32,000 bases of DNA, from NCBI RefSeq assembly GCF_000015805.1, contig NC_009073.1:1350001-1382000 (forward strand), given 5' to 3'. Source of the DNA: Pyrobaculum calidifontis JCM 11548. GTDB taxonomy: Archaea; Thermoproteota; Thermoprotei; Thermoproteales; Thermoproteaceae. The position numbers and the translations under genes were made by a program. The notes beneath the pieces are model-generated. The model did not search any database and had not been told where the DNA came from. It worked only from the letters and a program-made list of their open reading frames with translations. Of this stretch, positions 15,552 through 23,374 are shown piece by piece (the stretch's first letter is position 1; each line of letters starts with the position of its first letter).

Positions 15552-15773
15552 CTACCCTTGCCCCTTCTTCCTTACGTACACCACATAGCCGCCCCCGGCC
15601 TCCTCCACCCTTTCCACCTTGTACTCGAGCAGAGGCAACATGACTCTGAGCGTCTTTACGCAGTCTTCGTCGTCTGTGACCACCTGGAGCTCCCCCGGGC
15701 TCTTCTCCATTATGGCTGAGAGGGCTTGTTGAGCCGGCTCGGGGCAGGGCCTCCCCCTGATGTCTAAGATCAT
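15552..15773 (-). CDS. TusA/SirA-like sulfurtransferase
   Basis: MILDIRGRPCPEP motif. The start overlaps the stop of the SelD-like gene by 4 nt. Confidence 0.7.
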   Translation of the reverse strand: MILDIRGRPCPEPAQQALSAIMEKSPGELQVVTDDEDCVKTLRVMLPLLEYKVERVEEAGGGYVVYVRKKGQG

Positions 15774-17473
15774 AAAATTTCAAAGTCTTTGAACTCCCCC
15801 AAATACCTTTCCCACTGGGTCTCTGCCACTCTACACCTCTCCCTCCCCCTGCAGGCCTCCTCTGCGAATTTCCTAATGGCGTCTGCGTCGCCCTCCACAA
15901 CCACCTCCACGCGGCCGTCGGGGAGATTTCTAGCGTAGCCCGTCAAGCCCAGCACCCGGGCCCTAGACCTTAGGTAGGGCCTATAGCCCACACCCTGCAC
16001 GTCCCCCTCCACGTAGATCCTAGCCCTCGCCGGCTTGGCCACCCCCAGCCCCGCAAGGATGGGCGCCTGGGCGGCCAACTTCTCCTTGAGCTTTCTATTG
16101 GATATGTAGGACAGGGCCTCCGGGGGGACGTGGAGCCGCCCCTCGCCTCTGCCCACCACTCTGCCCACCACCCTGGGGGATAGGTGGGGGATCTTGGACA
16201 GCTCCTTCACCACCTCCTCTGCCAGAGACTCGTGGAGGAACAGGGCCACCGCGCCGTTGGTCCCCGCGGTGGCGTCGGGCATAATGTAGAAGTCTGCGGC
16301 GAATTTAGAGAGCTTGGGGTTGAGGAGGGGCACTTCGAACAGCTCTATGTCTACCCCGGCCTTCTCCGCCACCTCTTTAAAGACGAAGATCCCGGGCCCC
16401 GAGACGTCTATCGTCGCGGCTATGTGATCCTCAGCCCTAAACCTCTCCCCCAGCCCCGGCAGGTGGCGGTATATCACCTTGGCCACCTCGGCGTTGGGAG
16501 TGGCCATAAGCTCGAGGACTCTCCTCTTCTCTCTCTCAAACTCCTCAAGGGGCATCACCGAGGACTCGAAGGCCTTTAGAAGCTCCTCGTCTGCGTGGAT
16601 GGCCACGTAGGTGGTGAAGTAGGCAAGTTCCCCGAAGGGCCTAGTGACCACCACCACGAACCCTCTGTCCAACTCTCTGTAGAAGGTGGGGGGCTCCCTG
16701 TCCAGGTAGCCCCACGCCGTGGCGCCCAGGAGGAGGTAGCCCCGGCGGGGGAGGGGGGCCTCCACCACTTTGCCCAGCCTAGAGGCGTGGGCTAGGTAGC
16801 TCTTCTCCACCCCCTCGTACCAGCGCTCAGGCGCGTCGTATATGGGGGCTATGTGGACGTCTTTGTAGACGCCTTTGACGTAGAGGTCGTTGAGGGCGTT
16901 GTTTATCGCCACGGCCACCTGGAGTGGGGAGTCCAAGTCCTCGGAGGGGTCTATCACTTGGATAGTGTCGTTGTTGGCGAGGATGTAGCCCCCCTCGCCG
17001 TAGGTCTTTAAGAAGTCTACCATGAAGAACTCCGCGCCCTGCTTCGTGCTCACTATGCTGTGCCCCTTGCCGAGCCACACCCTGTGCCGGGTGGAGCCAA
17101 GCGCCTTGTAGAGCCTCGCGGCGTACTCGGCGAATCTCTCCGCCGAAGCGGCCTTGGCCATGTAGAGTTGCACAAGCACCACCGCCAGAGAGGGGGCAAA
17201 GGACTCCACAGCCGCGGCGTCGAGCTGTGGGTTCTCCACGTCGAGGAAGACCCTCATCAGCTGGGCCTCCTCCCCCCTTACAATGGCCGCGTCCTCCCTG
17301 GGGGCAATGACTAGGTTGAGCTTCGACACCTCGTCCCTCAGGAGCTGGATGGCGGGGTACAACACGTCGTAGAGGTCCACCTTCACAGAGCAACCAAGCG
17401 AGAGAGACTCCAGGGCGATGCCCGCCTCGCGGTACAGCTTGACCCTCTCCCTAAAACGCTCGATTGGGCTCAT
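15770..17473 (-). CDS. SelD-like (PurM/AIR-synthase-related superfamily) protein fused to a C-terminal acylphosphatase domain
   Basis: SelD-like blocks: LGCSVKV, REDAAIV, AINNALNDLYVKG, VTRPFG, IDVSGPGI, DATAGTNGAVALF. C-terminal YVEGDVQGVGYR...GYARNLPDGRVEVVVEG is an acylphosphatase signature with the catalytic Arg and Asn. Confidence 0.65.
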   Translation of the reverse strand: MSPIERFRERVKLYREAGIALESLSLGCSVKVDLYDVLYPAIQLLRDEVSKLNLVIAPREDAAIVRGEEAQLMRVFLDVENPQLDAAAVESFAPSLAVVLVQLYMAKAASAERFAEYAARLYKALGSTRHRVWLGKGHSIVSTKQGAEFFMVDFLKTYGEGGYILANNDTIQVIDPSEDLDSPLQVAVAINNALNDLYVKGVYKDVHIAPIYDAPERWYEGVEKSYLAHASRLGKVVEAPLPRRGYLLLGATAWGYLDREPPTFYRELDRGFVVVVTRPFGELAYFTTYVAIHADEELLKAFESSVMPLEEFEREKRRVLELMATPNAEVAKVIYRHLPGLGERFRAEDHIAATIDVSGPGIFVFKEVAEKAGVDIELFEVPLLNPKLSKFAADFYIMPDATAGTNGAVALFLHESLAEEVVKELSKIPHLSPRVVGRVVGRGEGRLHVPPEALSYISNRKLKEKLAAQAPILAGLGVAKPARARIYVEGDVQGVGYRPYLRSRARVLGLTGYARNLPDGRVEVVVEGDADAIRKFAEEACRGRERCRVAETQWERYLGEFKDFEIL

Positions 17474-17715
17474 CGCACCTTCCTAATCACAATGCGCCAC
17501 ACCCCCCTCTCCACCTCGAAGACCCCCACCACCTCTTGCCCCTCCCGCCTAGCCACTGCAGGCACGTTTTCACACGACGGCGGATTGTCGGTAATGACCT
17601 CCAAAACCTCCCCCACCGCCATCTCCCTCAGCGCTTTCACAGTGGCCAACTGGGGGTAGGGACACACGTACCCCCTGAGGTCAAGCACCCTCTTGCCCAC
17701 CTCCTTCACAGCCAT
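17470..17715 (-). CDS. tusA: TusA-like sulfurtransferase (two-Cys subtype)
   Basis: ORF-track 17470..17832 trimmed to the ATG at 17715 (MAVKEVGKRVLDLRGYVCPYP). Second Cys in TDNPPSCENV. The stop overlaps the start of the SelD-like gene by 4 nt. Confidence 0.8.
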   Translation of the reverse strand: MAVKEVGKRVLDLRGYVCPYPQLATVKALREMAVGEVLEVITDNPPSCENVPAVARREGQEVVGVFEVERGVWRIVIRKVR

Positions 17716-17727
17716 GGGCAAATGTGG

Positions 17728-17739
17728 GGATATAAAAGG
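17728..17739. promoter_or_regulatory. TATA element (ggatataaaagg) upstream of tusA 17715, possibly bidirectional
   Basis: Minus strand reads CCTTTTATATCC, ~19 nt upstream of the ATG at 17715. It lacks the GGAATAA box. A near-palindromic A/T core could also fire rightwards. Confidence 0.4.
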
Positions 17740-17765
17740 TGTTGCAAATGTGCAAAAAAGACACT

Positions 17766-18085
17766 TCAGTTGCAGTACGCGGCGAGCATGCTGACCCCCG
17801 GCCACGGGACGGCGTAGTCCACTACCTCGCACCGCCGGGGCTTCACCGCGCCGAGGAGGACGGCCAGCGTCTTAAGCTCCCCCTCGGGCTGGGCCTCGCC
17901 GAAGCCCGGAAGAGAGTCTAGGCGCGGGATGCACTCAACACGCCCGCCTCTAAGCGCTTAGATGTTACAGCTACCTCCAGGTCCGCCAGCTGGTCTGCCT
18001 GGGTCACCACGCCACTTTTGACGCCAAGACTGGGCGAGTGGCGATGCACCCCAACCACGGCGAGGCGAGGACGTTGCCGAGGCAT
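17766..18085 (-). pseudogene. Possible frameshifted remnant of a small gene upstream of tusA
   Basis: Two adjacent minus-strand frames give protein-like text: [48 protein letters not shown]..., then ...[57 protein letters not shown] with a stop at 17766. No intact ORF and no TATA. Confidence 0.2.
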
Positions 18086-18126
18086 CAAACCAGGGTGGTG
18101 GACGGAGTAGTCTACGTGAGAGTGCC

Positions 18127-18432
18127 ATGGTGAGGGCGGCGGCCGCCAAGCTGGGGGAGCTACCCGACAAAAGGCCTGTTCCCAAGACGGTGGAGGCCAC
18201 GCCGCTCGTCCTCGTCCGCGACGGCGAAAGAGTATACTGCGCCTACGGCATATGTCCACACGGCAGGTGGCTCCTCAGCCTCGGCGACTATAAGGAGGGC
18301 AAACTGAGGTGCAAGGGCCACGGCTCCGTCTACGACTTGGCCACCGGCGCGGGGGAGCTCAACGGCTACCCGCTTCAGATAAAGGCGTACAAGGCCGAGG
18401 TCGTGGGCGACAGCGTGTACGTGGAGGTTTAA
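18127..18432 (+). CDS. Small Rieske [2Fe-2S] domain protein
   Basis: CPHGRW-x-CKGHGS, that is CxH-x16-CxxH. Confidence 0.75.
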   Translation: MVRAAAAKLGELPDKRPVPKTVEATPLVLVRDGERVYCAYGICPHGRWLLSLGDYKEGKLRCKGHGSVYDLATGAGELNGYPLQIKAYKAEVVGDSVYVEV

Positions 18433-18515
18433 CCCCCCGCCGAGCCTGCGGATCTGTCAAAAGGCTTTCTGCCAGCTATGTTCAAAAATCTTTAATTGTA
18501 CAAGACGGTAGTTAC

Positions 18516-19412
18516 ATGGCTCGGGTTGTGCATGTTTTGAGGGGTAATTGGACGCGGGATGGGGCGGGGGTTAGGCTTTACAGAGTCTTTGGGGGGCCCA
18601 CTCTTGCAGAGCTCACCGACCCCTTCCTCCTCTTAGACCACTTCGGGTCGCGGTATCCCCATGAGTACTTAATGGGCTTTCCCTGGCACCCCCACAGGGG
18701 GATTCAGACGGTGACGTACCTCCTCAAGGGCGAGGTCCGCCACGCCGACTCCATGGGGTATAGAGGGGTCCTGGGGGCCGGCGACCTCCAGTGGATGACT
18801 GCCGGGAGCGGGATATTCCACGAGGAGATGCCCCGGCCTGGGAGGGCGAGGGTGGGGGATAGGGAGGTGGAGAACCCAGAGGTGTCTGCGTTCCAGCTTT
18901 GGGTAAACTTGCCCAGGGCCTTGAAGATGTCCGACCCTGAGTATAAGAACGTCAAGGCTAGTAGCGTGCCCAGGGTGGTGGCTGATGGGGGAGCCGTAGT
19001 TAAGGTGGTGGCGGGGAGGGTATACGAGCCGGGGACTGGGGTGGTGGAGGGCCCCGTCTCTGGGCTAAAGGTGCCCGTGGTGTACATGGACGTGGCAGTG
19101 GCTGAGGGGGCCTTCTTCCGCTTCGCCACAAGGGAGGGGCACACAGTGTTGGCCTACGTCTTCGAGGGCGCGGTTGACTTCAACGGCCGCCGCGTATCGG
19201 CGGGGGAGCTCGCGGTGTTCAACAGAGAGGGGGGCGAGGTGGAGGCGAGGGGGGTTGGCAGATTTCTCCTCCTCTCTGGCCGGCCTCTGGAGGAGCCCAT
19301 AGCGTGGTGGGGGCCCATAGTCATGAATACGTGGGATGAGATTCTGGAGGCTAGGCGGGAGCTGGCCGAGGGGATTTTTGTGAAAAAGGGGGCCCGCGTG
19401 GTGGATCTATGA
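18516..19412 (+). CDS. Pirin-family (cupin) protein
   Basis: ORF-track 18309..19412 trimmed to the ATG at 18516 (TATA-like aaaaatctttaatt ~25 nt upstream). FPWHPHRGIQTVTYLL...HEE metal-binding motif of pirins. Confidence 0.85.
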   Translation: MARVVHVLRGNWTRDGAGVRLYRVFGGPTLAELTDPFLLLDHFGSRYPHEYLMGFPWHPHRGIQTVTYLLKGEVRHADSMGYRGVLGAGDLQWMTAGSGIFHEEMPRPGRARVGDREVENPEVSAFQLWVNLPRALKMSDPEYKNVKASSVPRVVADGGAVVKVVAGRVYEPGTGVVEGPVSGLKVPVVYMDVAVAEGAFFRFATREGHTVLAYVFEGAVDFNGRRVSAGELAVFNREGGEVEARGVGRFLLLSGRPLEEPIAWWGPIVMNTWDEILEARRELAEGIFVKKGARVVDL

Positions 19413-20215
19413 TGCTCTTGGCCACAGAGACCGGGGTCTACGACTTGGGGGGCTCGCTCAAATGTTGCAGAGAGCTCGACGTAAACGACCTCTACTTCGG
19501 GGAGAGGGCGTACATATGCGCTTGGCAGGGGCTCTACGTGGAGGTGGGCGGGAGGCTGGAGAGGCTTGCCGAGAGGCAGTGCTGGCGCCTTTTTAAGTGG
19601 GGCGGGGAGGTGCTGGCCGCCTTGGAGGGCCCCATTGTCTACAACGCCGACAGGGGCAGAGTGGCCGCGGACTACAGGGGCTATGCCAAGGAGCTGGGCT
19701 GGCACTTCTTCTACGGGGAGCCACACATAACGGACTTCGCCGTTTACAAGGGCGAGGTGGTGGCGACGGTGGAGGTGGGGCACCTCCTCTCAGGCCCCTC
19801 CCCCCAGGAGCTGAGGCCGACCGGGTTTGAGGAGGATTTGCACAACCTCCTCCCCCTGGGGGATAGGCTTCTGATAGCGGCCGCAGGCGGCGTCTACTAC
19901 ACCGACGACTTGGCCCAGTTCAAGCGGGCGGCCGGGGGCTATTGCCACGCCTTGTCTGCCGCGGGAGGCTCGGTGGCGGCGCACCTCAAGTCTAAAAGGC
20001 CCATAATTGTGTCGAGGGATAGAGGGGAGAGCTGGCAAAACCTCGGCCTAGAGCTGCCGCCCCCCGACTACGGGACCACTGGCCTCCTCTGCGAAGGGGG
20101 GAGGTGCATCTACTCCACCACTTACACCTACGCCGTCAACGTCGAGAGGGCCTCCGCCGAGAGGCTCCTCGGGCCTCACCCAACGACCAGGAGGGTGGTA
20201 TTAGCCAAGGAGTAG
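19409..20215 (+). CDS. Hypothetical beta-propeller-like protein with Asp-box
   Basis: ATGA overlap with the pirin gene. SRDRGESW fits the BNR/Asp-box pattern SxDxGxxW. Repetitive beta-strand-like segments. Confidence 0.45.
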   Translation: MMLLATETGVYDLGGSLKCCRELDVNDLYFGERAYICAWQGLYVEVGGRLERLAERQCWRLFKWGGEVLAALEGPIVYNADRGRVAADYRGYAKELGWHFFYGEPHITDFAVYKGEVVATVEVGHLLSGPSPQELRPTGFEEDLHNLLPLGDRLLIAAAGGVYYTDDLAQFKRAAGGYCHALSAAGGSVAAHLKSKRPIIVSRDRGESWQNLGLELPPPDYGTTGLLCEGGRCIYSTTYTYAVNVERASAERLLGPHPTTRRVVLAKE

Positions 20216-20251
20216 AGAATTGCGTTTATAAACCCCAGCCAGCGTGTCAAC

Positions 20252-21436
20252 GTGGCCCAGAGGCTGTACCTCCTAACCATATTCGCCCTATCTGCGGCCC
20301 TCTTGTACATGCAGTTTGCGCCTTCTGGCGGAGAAGTGGGCGACGACTTGTACATAGTGGTGGGGGGAAATCCCCCCTCGGTGGCAGTTTTCAACGGCAG
20401 CAAGTTCCTAGGGGGGTCTTACCTCTACGACGCAGATCCCTACTTCCCCATGTACGACAGCTTTCTATACGGGGACTTCCTCCTGGTGTTCCAAGGCGAG
20501 GCGGGCTCCATAATCTACATCTACAACATCTCCGACTTTAAGAAAGTGTATGGCACAGTGCACGCCCCAAGCAATGTGAGCCACCTCCTCTACGGGGAGC
20601 TTGGGCTGGCCCCCCTGGTGGGCTCCACGTTGTACATAGCGGTGTCCAACTTCGCCGAGAAGCGAGGCTACGTATGCGCGCTGGATTTAGACGCGCTTCT
20701 GCTCAAGGAGTGCATAAGCGTTGGGATGTACCCCCACGCCCCCATAAAGGTGGGCGACGTGGTGGTGGCTCCGACAATTAGGGAGCCGAGGCTGGTCTTT
20801 TACAGCCCCTCCAATGGCTCTCTAAGGGTTATATCGCCGCGGTACGACTGGCCCATATTCGTCAATACCCACGACGTGTTGAGATACACCCAGCTCTCCT
20901 TCCACATGATTACCACAGACGGTCGGTACATATACGGCGAGGGGCACTTGGTGGAGCCTGGCACAAGGTTCGCGGTGGGGGTGCACTCCCACGCCCTTGT
21001 GGTGGCCATGGACTTGAGCGGGAGAGTTGTGTCGGTGGCTCCCACCAACGCCCCGCCGCCCGGCCTCCCCGGCCTCGCCGTGTGCAACGGCAAGCTCTAC
21101 GCCACCTCGCCAGTGGAGGGGCTAGTGTACGTATTTGAAGTCCCCTCGCTGAAGCTGGTAAAGACCATTAAGACGGGGGGCGTTCCGTGGGGCGCCTTTG
21201 CCAACCCCAAGTGTACGGCGGTCTATGTCACAGACATCGTAGGGGGGAGAGTGCTCGTGATTGACGTTAGGAGAGACGAAGTGGCAAAGGTAGTGAAGAC
21301 CCCCATGCTCTGGCCACACACCGTCATCTTTGTGGACAAGGAGGTAGTGGAGAAGATGGACATACAGCCCGAGGTCAAGTTCAAGCCCTTGGAGATACCG
21401 CCCTATCTCTACTGCGGCGATGCTCCCCCCAGTTGA
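20252..21436 (+). CDS. Signal-anchored YVTN-type beta-propeller repeat protein
   Basis: GTG start 24 nt after TATA tttataaa (20225-20232). Hydrophobic N-terminus LYLLTIFALSAALLY. Repeats such as LYATSPVEGLVYVFEVPSLKLVKTIKTGGVPWGAF and AVYVTDIVGGRVLVIDVRRDEV. Confidence 0.55.
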   Translation: MAQRLYLLTIFALSAALLYMQFAPSGGEVGDDLYIVVGGNPPSVAVFNGSKFLGGSYLYDADPYFPMYDSFLYGDFLLVFQGEAGSIIYIYNISDFKKVYGTVHAPSNVSHLLYGELGLAPLVGSTLYIAVSNFAEKRGYVCALDLDALLLKECISVGMYPHAPIKVGDVVVAPTIREPRLVFYSPSNGSLRVISPRYDWPIFVNTHDVLRYTQLSFHMITTDGRYIYGEGHLVEPGTRFAVGVHSHALVVAMDLSGRVVSVAPTNAPPPGLPGLAVCNGKLYATSPVEGLVYVFEVPSLKLVKTIKTGGVPWGAFANPKCTAVYVTDIVGGRVLVIDVRRDEVAKVVKTPMLWPHTVIFVDKEVVEKMDIQPEVKFKPLEIPPYLYCGDAPPS

Positions 21437-22178
21437 GCCCGCCTTGTTGATTACGCTTGGCGCGCTGGGCGGCGCGGCGGCCTTTGCCCACTTGGCCTCG
21501 CCCAAGTGGGCGGCTTTTGCGGGAGGGGTTGTTTTACACATGGCGCTAGTCCAAGCGTTTCTAGCGGCGTCTTTCGTCAAATCCCTCGCCGTAGTGGCCC
21601 CAGTGAACTTAATCCCCTTGTTCATCCTCGGCGTATTTACCACATCTGCGGCATTCATGCTGGGGGTAATCGCAACAATAAAGTGGGGGGAGAGGCACCT
21701 CTACCTCCCTCTGGCCCTCTCAGCGGCTCTTTTGGCAAACAAGGCCCCCGCCGTAGAGGCGCTTCAAACATACGGCGTAGACGTCACCTATCTGGGCTAT
21801 GTGGCATACGGCATGCTCCTAGCCGCCTCCGCCTCTGCCGTCTCCCACAACCTAGCACTTAGGCTGCCCTCCGCCTACCCCCTCGCCTTTGCGGTCGCCG
21901 CGCTTTTAGGCAACTTAGCCTACGCCGCAACCCCCAACCTCCTATACTCCGAGGGCCTCCTCTACTACATGTTCACCACGGCCAACCTCTACTCTTTCAA
22001 CTCGGCTATGATGGTGTACCTAGGCTTTAGAAACAACGTGGCGGCCTTGGGCAAAATGGGCGGCTTTAAGTCCACCAAGTTTTGGCTCTACCTCCTCCTT
22101 GGAAACCTCGCTTACGGCCTTGTGGAAGTGTTATTCATGATTAAGAACCCACAGGTTCACGACCTTTTACACAGATGA
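21420..22178 (+). CDS. Integral membrane protein (~8 predicted TM helices), unknown family
   Basis: Hydrophobic throughout. Its stop overlaps the start of the Tat-flavoprotein gene (ATGA). The true start is uncertain. Confidence 0.5.
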   Translation: MLPPVEPALLITLGALGGAAAFAHLASPKWAAFAGGVVLHMALVQAFLAASFVKSLAVVAPVNLIPLFILGVFTTSAAFMLGVIATIKWGERHLYLPLALSAALLANKAPAVEALQTYGVDVTYLGYVAYGMLLAASASAVSHNLALRLPSAYPLAFAVAALLGNLAYAATPNLLYSEGLLYYMFTTANLYSFNSAMMVYLGFRNNVAALGKMGGFKSTKFWLYLLLGNLAYGLVEVLFMIKNPQVHDLLHR

Positions 22179-23374
22179 AGAGGCGCGACCTCCTAAAGCT
22201 CGCCCCCTTGCCCCTCTTAGCCGCGTTGTTGCCCCTAATCTGGCCCAGGGGGCGCCCGGGGGCAGACGTCAAGGCTAAGGTCTTGGTGGTTGGGAAAGGC
22301 ATTGCCGGCAGCATGGTGAAAATGATCTTAGACAGCCACGGTGTGGGGGCCACGGTGCTTGAGTGTTCAGACGCGGCTCTGCCCGGGCCTGGGAAAGTGG
22401 ACGTGGCCCTGGGGCTCGCCGACGCGGGAGACCTCCTAGTCCACTTAGGCGTCGGCGGCGGCGTGGTGAAGACCTGCGCCACGGGCATAGACCCCGACAA
22501 CCGCCTCGTCTACACAGACACCAGGGTGTACTCCTACGACATCCTCTTCTTGACGCCGGGCGTGGTCTTCGACTACGGCGCAGTGGAGGTCAAGGGCAGA
22601 GTGGACAACTTTACCCCCTACGAGTTAGGCTCGGCGCTGGCCAAGAGGGAGCTGAGCGCCGGGCGCTACGTGATTGTACACCCCAATTTGCCCTACCGGT
22701 GCACCTCGGCGCCCTACGAGTTCGCCCTCCTCCTAGACTGGAGACTTAGGGAGGAGGGGAAGCCCCACAGCGTCACCATAATCTCGCAGGTGGGGAAGAT
22801 CCCGGCCGTCTTTGAAAAATATATCTCACAGATGGGGGAGCTCGTGTGGAAAATACTGGAGGAGAGGGGTGTCGAGTACATAAACGCCGAGGTAGAGCTC
22901 GTGGATGGGGAAAACAAGGTGGTGCACCTCTCCACTGGGGAGAAGGTTCCCTTCGACTACCTCACCTTAGTGCCCCCCAATAAGGCTCCTAGGTTTATCT
23001 CAGCTGTGTCAAACGCCGAGGGGTTCTACGTGGAGGTAGACGAAAGGATGAGGCACCCCAAGTACAGAGATATCTACGTGGCGGGAGACGCGGTTTGGCA
23101 CGTGGTTAAGACAGGATGGGCCGCGGCCACCGAGGCCGCCATAGCCGCCGCGTGGGCGCTCGAGGACTTAGGCATAAGCGTGGAGAAGCCCAAGGAGATA
23201 TACAGCGAAGATGCTATAAGGATAACCCCAGACCTGGGGATTAGGGGGGCGAAGAGGTGGTACCCAATATACGGCGATGTTTACTGGCGGCAGATAGAGG
23301 GCCCAAGCCCAGAGGTCGTGGAGGCGAAGAAAAAAACAATAGAGTTCTTCCGACAGTTGCTAAAATACTACTAG
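22175..23374 (+). CDS. Tat-signal SQR/flavocytochrome-c-sulfide-dehydrogenase (FccB)-like flavoprotein
   Basis: MKRRDLLKLAPLPLLAALL twin-arginine signal. VLVVGKGIAGS FAD motif. PYRCTSAPYEF conserved-Cys context and YVAGDA motif. Confidence 0.7.
   Translation: MKRRDLLKLAPLPLLAALLPLIWPRGRPGADVKAKVLVVGKGIAGSMVKMILDSHGVGATVLECSDAALPGPGKVDVALGLADAGDLLVHLGVGGGVVKTCATGIDPDNRLVYTDTRVYSYDILFLTPGVVFDYGAVEVKGRVDNFTPYELGSALAKRELSAGRYVIVHPNLPYRCTSAPYEFALLLDWRLREEGKPHSVTIISQVGKIPAVFEKYISQMGELVWKILEERGVEYINAEVELVDGENKVVHLSTGEKVPFDYLTLVPPNKAPRFISAVSNAEGFYVEVDERMRHPKYRDIYVAGDAVWHVVKTGWAAATEAAIAAAWALEDLGISVEKPKEIYSEDAIRITPDLGIRGAKRWYPIYGDVYWRQIEGPSPEVVEAKKKTIEFFRQLLKYY

Noticed and set aside
15403-15900. 165-aa minus-strand ORF spanning the tusA-like gene and the intergenic region
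   Set aside because: It is out of frame with the TusA-like ORF, which has the LDIRGxxCPxP motif. It is R/G-rich. Only its position over the intergenic hairpin region was noted.
16827-17393. 188-aa minus-strand, alternative-frame ORF inside the SelD-like gene
   Set aside because: It is an out-of-frame overlap with the 567-aa ORF, which carries recognisable domain motifs. Its R/G/P-rich translation is not protein-like.
18309-18515. N-terminal extension of the pirin ORF overlapping the Rieske gene
   Set aside because: The extension is Arg/Gly-rich and overlaps the Rieske CDS. A TATA-like element and an ATG at 18516 give a standard pirin N-terminus.
19154-19783. 209-aa minus-strand ORF across the pirin/propeller junction
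   Set aside because: It is antisense to two well-supported plus-strand genes. It is P/R/H-rich and has no TATA. Shadow ORF.
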